A program made the translations under genes and the position numbers. DNA of 64,000 bases, from contig AP026155.1 in the NCBI GenBank assembly GCA_030295235.1, positions 1-64,000 of the forward strand, in the 5' to 3' direction. This DNA is from Fistulifera solaris (Eukaryota). The notes beneath the pieces are model-generated. The model was not told the origin of the DNA. It worked only from the letters and a program-made list of their open reading frames with translations, and did not search any database. Every line of letters begins with the position of its first letter. Position 1 is the stretch's first letter. Positions 12,366-24,262 of the stretch are shown piece after piece.

Positions 12366-15300
12366 GGCAGTTGAACCATGCTGGTGGACCTTTTGGACCG
12401 TACGTCGTCCGATTTACATAGGAAAACGACATGCCAGAGCGACATTGCCATCCAAATACTTTTTGGATCCAGCCAATCAGATGGCTTACATCCAAAAAGT
12501 CGAGCCAATCCAGCCAATCACAAGCGTCCCATCCAGAAGAGACTTTTAGCCGTCTGCTAGTTGTCCGCGTTGAGCAATCGATAGCCTACCGGTACTCACT
12601 ATACAGTAAATCGAGGTTTAACCTTACGCACTCTCAATGTAGCTGGCCAAAAGAATGCATCCGTTCCAATTTTTGGCCGATAATTATTTCTGCAAAAGAA
12701 TGACATCGGCACAAACGAGAATAACTTCGTCTCATCTTTTCGATTGCAAAGTTATCACACGAAAAGAATGCCAGGAACATCAAAAAGAGGTCGGGGCCCC
12801 CGACAAAGTCCAGCGAAGTCGCTCGTCAAACAAAAAAGAATAGTTTGAAAAAGATGGAGCTCGAAAAAGCAAAGAGAAAAGAGCAAGCTAGTGTGGATGC
12901 CACGTCCGCTGTAATGCACTCTTTTTTAGGCATAAAGGTTCCCGAAAAGGCCGCCCCTGTAGAAGAAGAAGTCTGTGAAGATGTTGACATGACTGGCGAA
13001 GAACTAGAAAAGCAATTTACTGAGCCGTCTTGTGATCGATGATACAAGAGGTCAACCTGGCGACGTTGACGCCGACGATGATGACGACGACGCTCTTGGC
13101 TTCCGAGGAAGACGGGGACTATAATGAGGATAGCAATGAGTTGAACGACGGGCGGCATCATGTCAAATTATCTTTCTAAGATTCAGACGAGGCTGAGAGA
13201 TGAAACGCGTTGTAACTTCAAAAAGGGAGACGAGAAAATTCCTGATGATCAGAAATGGCTTCTGAAAATGCTTGAGGAGCACCAGTTCTCTCTTCCGTGG
13301 CAGCTTGCTTCAACACTGTGCAACAAGCTTGGGATAAATTGGGCTCCTTCTGCGTACTATTGCACTGTACATGTGTGGTTAACAGATGTCCAATTCAACG
13401 AAATGCCACCTTGCGGAGAATGCAAGTCAAATGCCCATGTTGGTCGTCATGCATTTGATTCCAGTTATCCTGGGCCGTGATATCTGGCTTAAAAAAGGAC
13501 GAGTAATGCTATGACAATGCGGTATTGTTGTTCGAGGTGCAAGAGCGGAGAAAAGTCCTACACGCTTTCGCGGATACAATCTGAAAAGTTTGGAATCGAT
13601 GCCGCTTAGTCGAAAGATTTGCTTCCCGGCTCTCTTAACGCACAAAAGCGGGGTCACTATGGAGCTAGCTCGACTCATTCGCTCACTTGTATCGAAAAAT
13701 GTGCGTTCGAATTCTCTTGCTGCAATGATTGCGGAAATGCACCAGCTTGAGCACAAGCAGCAAATGTTGCTCTATGAGTCGGAGGTAGCAGCTTCTCGCT
13801 TCTACCCGAACAGATGACAATAAAGCACCATTGTTTAGCGACTTCAATGATCGGAAAGGATACAATGGCCGATTGATTACCGGGAAATATATTCAGAGCA
13901 TCTATCAACGCCTCATTCACTCCTTCCGGGAACTGGCTGACGCCGACACGAAGAAGAGGGATTCTGAGATGATTAAGATTGACGCATCTTATAAATTTAC
14001 AAAGCGTTTGAAACGGGTTGGCGGCGAGAAAGTGTTTGATGGTCTAGTCACAGTGATGAATGAATTTAAAGAGATTCGTTCGCATTTTGTAATCTTTGGA
14101 GAGCCACGACCAGATGCGGCCGCCGCTACAAGCCATGAAGGCAACAATGGATTCAAATGGCCAAGCCGGCCCCAAACTTGCTTTCACTGACAGCCCCAAG
14201 CGAGACGCCGACATGCTTATTTCCGCTTTCGATTCCTTGGCAGTAACTCAAGAGGCTTATAATACCATTGCAGAGGAGGAAAATAAGCAGCTAGGAGACA
14301 AGTCGGAACCCACTGAGTTGCTCAAGTCAGCATGGCAACGTCTTCTACGACCGTCGCCCAATCTGTTCGATTGTGCATCATAATTATTCAGTTATTGAGG
14401 CTGATAAGGACATTACAATGTTTGCAGGAACCGCCATGGATCTGATGAAAGACAGGCAGGCAGAAAAGCGTATCATGGCGCTTGATCTTGAATGGCCGGT
14501 CCACTTCAATAACAACGGTCGCATCGAAGGACAGGGAAAAGTTGCGACCATACAATTGTCATATCACACCTGTCAGGGCAACCTGGATAACGACATTTGT
14601 ACTACAGTCATTCGCGTTCAACAGACGACAACTAAATTGAATGCAACACTTGTGCGCTCTACTGAGCGAAGACTCTATCCGATTTGTGGGTGTGAATGTT
14701 GCTGGTGATGTGACCAAGCTAAAAAAAGATTTCGCCAACATGAACAATGTGTCTGTAAACAAGATTGACTTGAGGGTCATGGCAAGGCCGTGGTGTTGTG
14801 CCACGGAATGGATCGTATAGTCTTGTTGCACTAGTCGGAAGCCCAGCTGAAGGAATCGATGGAAAAGGATCAGAGAATGTCCGATTGGTCGGGTCCACTA
14901 CAACCAAAACAGCTGGACTATGCCGCCTTAGATGCAATCAAAAGTCTGCAAGTATACGATTCTCTCGATAAACTGCCAGATTTAACAAGGGAACTTCAGC
15001 GCAAGGAGATTTTAGCTGGAACTAAGGTCACTATTGTTGCAAGTAAGGGCAGTAAGGCATCCATTCCGACGCCCGGTGCAGAGGGGGGAGATACTTTCTC
15101 AAAAACAGATCTGGACAGCACCAAAAACATTTACATTCGTTGAAGGTCAAGCAAACCAGGCGGTCAATTTGTACTTGTTCGAATTAAAAGGTTCTGGCTA
15201 CCGGGCTTGATAATGGATGGTTATAGGAAAGGCAGGAAAGGTGTCTCGCTGGGAGATTTTGTAAAAACCTTTGCAGATGACGATTTCGTGATGATGGTTA

Positions 15301-17450
15301 ATCTTTCACAGTTGCGCTCTCAGCACCAGCAGCAATCATCGTCCAGCTCATCAGACGCTATCAACCCGAATCCGGTGATCCATACTACAGAGCTCAACAA
15401 GGTGAACGCGAGTATAGTGAACGCCGACAACTTAAAACAGCTACAACGACCGGTTTCGCGAGAAGATGATTTGTTTACCCACGATTACATATTTGAACAC
15501 GAGAATGAAGAAGATATCAGCCCTGATCCTGATTCTACGGATGCTTTTGACGACTTCTCAGAACTTACCCCTGCTAAAATCCGAGAAATCGATGATATCA
15601 TAAGGCGCGGTCGATAAGATGGGCCCTCTTACTGCACAGGACGGAGAAAAATACCTGGATCCGCCGCCTAAATCGATACCGATTTGCTACTCCGCTGTGC
15701 TTGGAGACATTATACACGCAATTATGCGAATAAAGGTTCCAGCAAAGCACGAATGCCGCAAAGCTTACTCTGCTGCGCTTGTACGAGCATTTTTAGAATG
15801 GGATCCTGAACGGTTAAAAGAGGTCAAAGAAGCATTGGTCAAATTAGGTATTTCCGAAAAGGAGATAGAGGCACGATTGTACTACAACATACAGTGGTTC
15901 GCAGCACGTGTTGAGCGACGAGCCCTTCCTCCGCATCTCCTTTACTGGCGTGTTTGTGCCGTTCTATCATACTTTGGCAACAAAATCGACAGCGTGTCCA
16001 AGAAGCCTCTCTTCGGAAAAAATGAATGGAACAAGGCCAAAAGTCTGCTCTCCGACATACGGAAAGGATATTTTTCCGACCCACCCGGTGTATCATTCTA
16101 CCGATATAGAGTGGATGGTCGGGGACAAATAATTCAGCGAATCGAAAGGATTTGCGCTTCTTACGTGTACCAGAGGAACAAACGATGTCGAGAACGAACA
16201 TAGGAATCTCCTTGGGCCGATCGGAAACTCGCCAGTGGGACTTGAAATGATGGACTGTCTTTTGACCGATATACGCCTCCGAAGAAACATGATTTCAGCC
16301 CGAAAGTACCGACTGAACTTTCCAGACATTCGACATTTTGATCCCTGGTTAGTAGACGAATTACAGATTACGGTAGAAGAGGGGCGCAAAGTACTATTGT
16401 ACCCAAACTGGATAAACTCATGTGATCTTGCAGAGACCCCGAACGTTTTGGTTTCGCCGGTCTTCCCAGATCAGAGCTGACCGACGCGAATAAATGAACG
16501 CGCTGCAACAATTGAGAACCTTGAGAATTGTGTTATCGAGAAACGCCTTTCGAAAGACATGCAGTATATAGCCAAATGCATTGGAACAAAATTGCCGTAT
16601 CAACCTTTTTCGACTGCCGAGGAAATATTGATGTACGCACAACTGCGAATCAATGTAACCGAAAATCAACGAATCAAGCCAGATGACCCAAACTTTGAGC
16701 TAGCTATTTGTCATGCCATTTTACCCCGTGGTCGATGGAATTCGGATTTTTCCAAAGACGCCCATTTATGTTCGGCAAATGGAAAAGAGATATCTTGAGA
16801 GGAAACGGATAGGCTCAGCCGTGAGAAGTATGTACAGTGCATTGGACGCACTCAGTAGTCTGAATGAAGCCACATCTACCATAGCAATCAACGCTTTGTC
16901 CGCCTCAAACGCACTGCAGAGCGGTGAACATATCGAAAAGGACGACAGCACCCAGATGCGAAAACTCTGCCCTCCTATCTTGCTGCCGAGACCAATCTTC
17001 GGCGTGAGTGGAAACATGATACAACGGCGTGAATCTGTACCAATCGCACAGAAAAGGCAAAGCCGACCCCCAAAACGTGGCCGGAGTGTGGATAAGAAAC
17101 CACGTCAAGGAAGACATTGCAAAACTTGTAAGCTCCACTTGCCCAATGCCCTGCTGCCGCAGTAAGTAAGTCAGCTAAAAGGGTGTGCACTTACATCGAA
17201 AACACAGAAGCACAACAAATATAATCATTAATGGCTGCATGTTAAATAAAAATATCATTTCAATTTTCATTGACGTATTCCTAACACTGGCGGCATTCCA
17301 ATGATGCAAATCGTGGACTTTACTGAAGGTCCCGTAGGGTCTGCATAGAGACTACTATCTCGGAAAGGGATAAAGCATTTTTGCGTTAGTGCTCGCTCCG
17401 CTCGAAAGCAATAAAATATCCAAATGGTCCACCAGCATGGTTCAACTGCC
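12366..17450 (+). mobile_element. TIR DNA transposon, copy 2 (~5.09 kb), direct tandem repeat of copy 1
   Basis: Same TIRs at 12366-12390 and 17426-17450, followed by C then AAAATTTT (17452-17459); near-identical to copy 1 apart from small indels. Confidence 0.92.
12700..17224 (+). CDS. Transposase-exonuclease fusion, copy 2 (multiple frameshifts as assembled)
   Basis: Same motifs as copy 1: D at ~13981, D at ~14189, exonuclease ~14473-14960, DxxH at ~15706, E at ~16190. Confidence 0.8.
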
Positions 17451-17619
17451 CAAAATTTTGCAACAAAAACGTTTCCTCCTCGACGCATTTTCACTTCATA
17501 GTATCGCAAGAGAAACACTCCCTCTTCATCTCTTTTTTCGTGGAAACGCATCATGAACAGATTACAATCATTACTAAAAACAGGTGACCGGAAAACGGCA
17601 AAGAGTAGATAGAAGGAAG

Positions 17620-18683
17620 ATGAAATTCCGACAACAATATGATTTTAGTTCTGTTCTCCTACTTTGCCTCATCTTGACGAATCTTTCGTCGGCAAACGTA
17701 TTTAATACGACAAGTCGACTCCGCGGGACGTCTACTCCTGAATCTTCTTTTATCACCACTGTCGAGCACCCCTTCTCGCTTTCTTGTGGGACGCATCGTA
17801 GCTCTTTGGATGATGAAGAAGACGATGCCGATCTTATCAGCTACATTCATTCTCGAGAAAGGCAGTTGAATCTGGAACAAGTTACGATTCCCGTGTGCTT
17901 CCATATTCTGACAGATGACAACGGTGTGAATGATCTTTCTTCCGAGCAGCTCCAAAATCAGTTGGACGTTCTCAATCGCGCATACAGTTCGGCTTCGTGT
18001 TGCGATTCTACGATGGAATGGTGTAGTACTCAATCTTGTTCTGTCGAAACAGGATTCCGCTTTGCATGGGCGCAAATGGAGGCATCAAGACAAAATGTAA
18101 TTCAAGGTGCAACAGTATCACACACTTCGGATGCTTGCATCATTGCCCACAAAAAGCGAAACTGGACGAGGTTCTTGTTTTCTGGGATCCTCGTCTCCGT
18201 CAAATGAAACGGAGACTGCGTAAAGGTGATGCGACAACATTGAATGTCTATTGGACAGATTTTATGATTCTGAAAATTGCCGGATACTCAACGTTCCCCT
18301 CCACATATTGGCGTAAGCCCAAATTGGATGGTGTTGTCATGCGTGTTGGAGTATGTGTTGGTGGATCAATTACTGAGTACTCAAAAGGAGCCATGCTGGC
18401 TCACGAAGTAGGTCACTGGCTAGGCTTATATCATACGTTCGAAGAGGGTTGCTCGGAGCGATCGGATAGAATCGATGATACACCTCGCGAACTTGAAGCA
18501 TTTCGAGGTTGTGGTCAAATAGATGGTTTCCCGCTCAATCGCGATTCTTGTCCCAACGATGAAGGAAAAGACCCCATTCACAATTACATGGATTATGCTT
18601 ATGACGAATGCAAGTTTGAATTTACACAGGGTCAGGTGTGGCGCATGCAAGCATCCTATGAACGATACCGAAAGGGGAAATAG
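17620..18683 (+). CDS. Secreted zinc metalloprotease, M43 (pappalysin/ulilysin-like)
   Basis: Signal peptide, propeptide CGT, IPVCFHIL, HEVGHWLGLYHTF and Met-turn DPIHNYMDY; one frameshift in a T run near 18180. Confidence 0.9.
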
Positions 18684-19473
18684 CACGTCAGTCGACCACA
18701 GCTGATTTGGGTCATCCTACTTGCGCCTCATTCATTTCGTCGGGAAACAGAAGAATTGTCTTTGATCACTTCATGGCCAGCTTTTATTTGACTCGATCAC
18801 GCGCGACTTTGGGATATTTCGTGTCTGTACCGGCGGCATCTCTCCGTTTTGGGGGCATCACTCGAATGTGGTCAGTCAGTTGCGAATAATTCATGGTAAC
18901 CGGTGCATACACAATCAAATTGCATTTTGCCGAACTGTCTAGAAAAGCCCAAAATCACGCCAATAGCAAAGAATTTGACAATGAATATCTTCTATGCAAC
19001 TGCAAATGCGATAGTCAATCACCAAGATGCTTGCGTGGTGGAATGCAAAGTTGGGCGATTGGATGGAAGTGGTATCAAGTGCCTGGAAGAAATTGTAAAA
19101 TGTACGATTTTGCTATCGGTCGAAGGCGTTAAATGCTAATCAGACCCTGCACACGGCCTTACAGTTTCATTACGAAGACCATGTTAACGTGTTGCATCGC
19201 TACATGCAACTGCAGCAACCTTGGTATGCTTTTGAAGTTCTCGAGCTGCGACGTGTGTACTACTGCTGATGGTGCAATGAAAGCGAGCGCGCTACTCTTC
19301 CAAGTCGTGCGAGATTGCTGCTTTACCTTTCGAGCCCAGGAATTTCACTTGAAGCCGTCCAAATGGATTTAAGGCGCTAGTTCCGTTGTGGTTTGAGTAC
19401 AGTTGAGGGCCTATTGCAACATGAGAACGGCGCTTTCGAAGAATGGTATTCGTACCGTCCTGCTCGGTCTTAT

Positions 19474-20924
19474 TCAACAAAGACGTTTCAGTTTGTTTTC
19501 CGGAGATAGATCCGGTACCATGACATCCGGTGAACTACAGTCGGAATACAGCGACAGTGAATGTAGTGAAATATCCAGGATGTGCTTGGTGCGATCGATG
19601 AAATGACGCTTCGCGGACGGATTTACGGTTGCATCTATCTCGGCACGCAAAATGCTGCATACATGGTCAATCGACGGACGATCTGCTCGATTAGCTGACC
19701 AGCAGTCTTCGATTAGGTTTTGCATATCCCCAGTCAGGATGGGAAGCGGTTGAGGGCGGATGCCTTCTTCGGAAATTAAATTGCACAAATCTTTCATAGA
19801 GGCAAAGCGGACATTTTTGAATGGCTTCTCTAAACTAAAGAGAAGCCACATCATCAGGGAGAATGAGTATACATCGCTAGAGAGACCGTACGGAAGTCCT
19901 TTCATCACTTCGGGGGCCATAAATCGCACTGTCCCTGCCATAGCGGAGGCTTTGTAACCGTCCGGATGCTCAATTAGCTCCTTTTCCTTTAGCTCTTTTG
20001 CGCAGCCGAAGTCTACCAGGATCAAATGGCCACGCAAGCTTATTCCTAAATTTTCGGGCTTCAGATCACGAAACACAATATTGTGTTTATGAAGGAAGCG
20101 AAGGGCACGCGCTATATCGAGAGCAACTACCAGTCTGTGTGAATAGAAGGCTTCCAATTGCTGTTTTCGAGATCTTGAAACAAAAGTCGATTCACAACGG
20201 CGATCCGACGCCCTTGTCGGCATTCAGGATACTGCTTGATCCACTCAAGTACCTCGTCGGCCAATGTGCTTGTCAGCCGATCGAGAACGAGTCCAAACGA
20301 AAGCGTTCCTAGTTCACCTACTGTAGCACGTAGTCGAATGATGTTGGGATGCTTGATCTGCTGTAGAAAGCACGCCTCTTTGGCCAAGTCAACTATCGAA
20401 AAGGTCTTTGTTTCATAATCTAAATCATCATTCACCACTTTGATCGCATATCTAAACTGATTTTTGCGTACATGCATTTTGCAAAGCATTTGAATGGACT
20501 TTTCATGTTGCTTTTCCTTTCGTGAATCCTTCTTTTCGTCCAGCAATTCATCATCGGGAGCGACTTGAATACCCTTTAACGAGAAAAGCTGTCTCCGTTG
20601 GAAACTTTTCGAGGATTCTTTGCCGATTCAAAAGAAGTGATTACTTTTACGCGACCATATTTTCCTTTTCCTAGTTCGTTTCCTGTACTAATGTCTGTCG
20701 AATCAGCATAAATAACTGAGTACATTCGTATGCAAGACAAATTAATTAGTAGCTCAGGACTTACCGTTAAAAAGCAGCGATGGAACTTCCCTGCGTGTCT
20801 GGTAGTTGCGAAAGAAGAGCGAGTCTGCAAATAGCTCTTGCAAGGAAGCGCGTGTCAGCGCTTTCCATCGATCAGTTTGAGAGGGCTGAGCATCATTACA
20901 GGCATCTATTGTCGTAAGCGCCAT
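19474..20924 (-). CDS. Protein kinase (TKL-like, diatom-type family)
   Basis: LGKGKYGRV, YAIK, DLAKEACFL, FRDLKPEN, DFG, MAPE and DVYSF motifs; probable intron near 20764 and frameshifts; start uncertain. Confidence 0.85.
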
Positions 20925-21464
20925 TGTTATCTGCAAGGCAAAGTTTGCAATTAGTGGGGAATGAATTGCCGCCGATAGGTTGAAAAAAGCGTCGTCATGA
21001 ATCTTTGCAGCATCTTTGTGGCTAAAACTTTCAAGACAAATATTCACTCTTGCTTATTTTGTACCTTTACTGTGTTCCTCCGATAATAAATAAATAATGA
21101 ATGATTTGTATAGGATGTGAAGCACCAAAACGGCACCGTCGACTGGGCGGCCTTATTACTTAGAGTTACTACTTTATTAGTACTCCGTATTTCTCTTCCT
21201 GCAAAGGAGAATATGTTGCTTCCTGTGACACGCAAAGGAGTATATGTTCCTTTGTGACACGTGACATCACGTGACTGATTCATACGTCATGAGTCACGAG
21301 AGATGTCACACTCCAGTCGAAGGAGTATATTCAGTACTAGTATAATTTTCTCGATGTTGTCACTTCTTGTCACGCAAGACGAAAAAGAGTAAGCGCTTTG
21401 GTGTTGCTAGTCTACAATATTCTTGTAGCGCTTATTTATTGAAGGATTGCCTTGAACTCGTAAG

Positions 21465-22973
21465 ATGTTTTTCGGCAAAAGCATAAATCGACAAAAACTT
21501 GGTCTCGTGACGGCGAGCACTCTTGTCGCTTCCGTAGCCGCTCGTGGTGTCACAAAGTTGCTGCAAAGCTCAGACGACGAAGAAGAAACAGAAGTCATGC
21601 AAGAGCATCAAAAGCTGAGTCCCTCTTTTATGGATCGACTAGCGAAAAAACCCTATCTGGAATCATTCATTGAGGAAACGGAGGGAACTCGTCCTCCTGC
21701 TGTACCGCAGACTCTTCGACTCATGACTGTGGATCTCACGGCTGTGCGCGAAAAAGGCTTAGGTAGTAGTGCCGAGTGTCACGCGTCTCCAAATGAGTTC
21801 CGACATGGTGTTGCGGCACCTAAACGAGTCTATGTAGGCTCAGAAATTGAAGGAGAGTCATCTATCGATATTGCACAGAAAATCTGGATTCGCGCCTTTC
21901 ATCAATGCTATTACAATGATTCAGCTGACAAGACGAAGAAGTTGGGGATCGAAATCATGGAAGCCGATACAACCAGCTTGAACCCTGCAGTATTAAGACG
22001 CATGCATAGTTTGATTCGATACGATCACGGAAAGTACGCTCGGCGAAAAGGACGCCAAAAATTAGAGATAAAGGCTGAGGAACAAACGGCAGAAGATTTG
22101 GACAGCGTAGATCAGCAAGAAGCACCGTGGAATCAACATGCGTGGATTGAAGAAGCCATATTACGCATCGGAGGAAAGGTCAAGTTTGGCGAGCCGATGG
22201 ACGCTGTGAAGTATCGGTGGTGGAATCGCTGGAGAAAGAGCGAATCCTTGTATCGTACTACGGTGTATGCTAGAAAAGGTGCATGGTGGGATTTATTTTC
22301 ATATGTGGATCCTGCAGGAATGGATGGAGCAGCGTGTAGTCAGGAGGAGTCATCGAACTGGGCATCGGAGAAACCACACGCGGTGATCGTCAATGGCTCC
22401 GTCTTGCAACAGCGGCTACCTAAAGCATTACGCCTTTTGCAACAAATCTGCAAAGAAAATGATGTACCATTGTATGTGCTGCATGATCCTAGAAGATGGG
22501 GCGAAAATACGCATGAAACACTTGGTGATGTTTTAGAGGATGTACGGAGGACCACAAAAAGACGGATAGTTCGGAATTCTCTTCAATACACAGCCGGTCG
22601 TCCCTTTGCGAGAGGTAGACGAATGGGAAAACTGGAGACAGAGGCAAAGTGGAACCTAAGAAAAGCACAGCGTAAAGCGAACGAGTTGTTAGCGCGCTCA
22701 ATTGTTTCAAAGAACCAAAGCATCGAAGACGACTGGAGCCGTCTTGACATCGAGGCTTTGAGCCGCAAGCTAGCACAACATGGCTTGTTGCAGATTCAAC
22801 AGAATGAAGGCAGAATCAAAGTGCTGTCAACTGGCATGCTTGAGTTAACAAGAAGCTTGTCCTTTTCTGAGAACGAAAAACTCCATGAAAATGAAGCAAT
22901 CGAACGAAATAATAAAGCTACGAATGAAATTTTGGGGGACACTGATTTGGAGGCGTCAAGATTAAATTCGTAA
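21465..22973 (+). CDS. Hypothetical protein (502 aa)
   Basis: Long uninterrupted ORF with N-terminal hydrophobic segment; no family recognised. Confidence 0.75.
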   Translation: MFFGKSINRQKLGLVTASTLVASVAARGVTKLLQSSDDEEETEVMQEHQKLSPSFMDRLAKKPYLESFIEETEGTRPPAVPQTLRLMTVDLTAVREKGLGSSAECHASPNEFRHGVAAPKRVYVGSEIEGESSIDIAQKIWIRAFHQCYYNDSADKTKKLGIEIMEADTTSLNPAVLRRMHSLIRYDHGKYARRKGRQKLEIKAEEQTAEDLDSVDQQEAPWNQHAWIEEAILRIGGKVKFGEPMDAVKYRWWNRWRKSESLYRTTVYARKGAWWDLFSYVDPAGMDGAACSQEESSNWASEKPHAVIVNGSVLQQRLPKALRLLQQICKENDVPLYVLHDPRRWGENTHETLGDVLEDVRRTTKRRIVRNSLQYTAGRPFARGRRMGKLETEAKWNLRKAQRKANELLARSIVSKNQSIEDDWSRLDIEALSRKLAQHGLLQIQQNEGRIKVLSTGMLELTRSLSFSENEKLHENEAIERNNKATNEILGDTDLEASRLNS

Positions 22974-23054
22974 TCTAATTTGTCAAAGTAAAACCGCGAT
23001 TTATGAAAAAAGTATAAAAGTTGCTTAATGAAGTGGTTTACAACTGTCTCCTTT

Positions 23055-24262
23055 TTATTTTCGTTTCTTTGGTTTGACTTCTTCCCAAACGTCAACGTTA
23101 CTTTCGATAGATTCGCTTGCCAATGCGCGCTCTTCGTATTTTTGCAATTCCATAGCCAAGGCAGCGTCTTCTTCGATTCCGTTAATCTGTTCAATGGCAT
23201 TATCATGATTCGTGCTAGCTCCGTTCTCTTGCTTTTTCTTATTTTTGTTCTTCTTTTTTTGGCTTGGTCGCCACAGGCTGAAATTCATTTGTGCCCGTGG
23301 GGGCTTTGTTTTTCTCCGAAACAGCTACCGAAGCGTCAATTTTAATTGCAATTTGGGACGAGCCGTTCTTAGCTTCTGCCTTCGGTTTGGGATCGGACTC
23401 TTTACCGACGGTTGTCCATCCATCATCATGGTTCGACGTCTCCATAATCGCAGATTTCGTCTGCGACATGAATGTGGTACCGTTCTCCTGGGTTGTGGAC
23501 GAGGCAACTTTTGTCTTCTTCGTCTTCACCTTTTTCTTTCTCATAGAAGGAGACGACTTTTCGGAGGCACTCTGCTTAGCGGGTGGGATGACCTCCGTTT
23601 CGGTAACCAACAGCTCTTCCTCAATTTCCTTTGCGTCTTCTGTAGCCTTGTTTTTCACACTACTATTTTTAACAGCTTTACCATTCTTCGCCTTGCTCGT
23701 CTTTTTTAGACCGAGATTTCGTCGCCGAAGGAGTCAACATGGATTTGTAAATCTGATGAGTAGCTAAGCCCAGCAGGAGCAAGAGTACGGCCCACTGCAC
23801 GAAAGGGAATCCTCGTTCCTTCAAGCCATCGACTCTCTTCACCGTTTGAAGTTTGGGGATACCGGTCTGCCCGGCAGTATTGCTGCTCCCAAAGCCGGAT
23901 TTGTCAGCCGCTGCTGCAGCAGCCGCAGCGAGTTCGGGGTCTTCATAAAGAGCCCGCATGACTTCGTCTTCGCTCATTCCCTGCAAATCTTCTAATTCTA
24001 GTTTTCCTCGAGGAGGGATTCCGCTACTTCCGCGCGCCCGAGTCGCGATTTTGGGGCGACCGTCTTCGCTCGTCTGGTGATACTCTTGAGCTCCTTCGTC
24101 CGCGTCTTCAAGGTTGTTGCTATTCTTTTGACTACCTTCACCACGTCCCGTCGGGCGAGATCGTTTACGATCGTTACCGTGCAACTGATCACCAGCATAA
24201 GCGTTCGATCCATCGATACGGTCGGATTCGTCTGGCTTGGTTTCTGCAGTAGAGGAAGACAT
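23055..24262 (-). CDS. Hypothetical single-pass membrane protein, Lys-rich C-terminus (frameshifted)
   Basis: ORFs 23678-24262, 23239-23658 and 23055-23288 are colinear and break at homopolymer runs; TM segment FVQWAVLLLLLGL; EEDAALAMELQ near the end. Confidence 0.65.

Noticed and set aside
7272..17450. Interpretation as an LTR retrotransposon, Helitron or simple segmental duplication
   Set aside because: No RT/integrase or Rep/helicase motifs; the repeat unit ends exactly at TIRs with TSDs.
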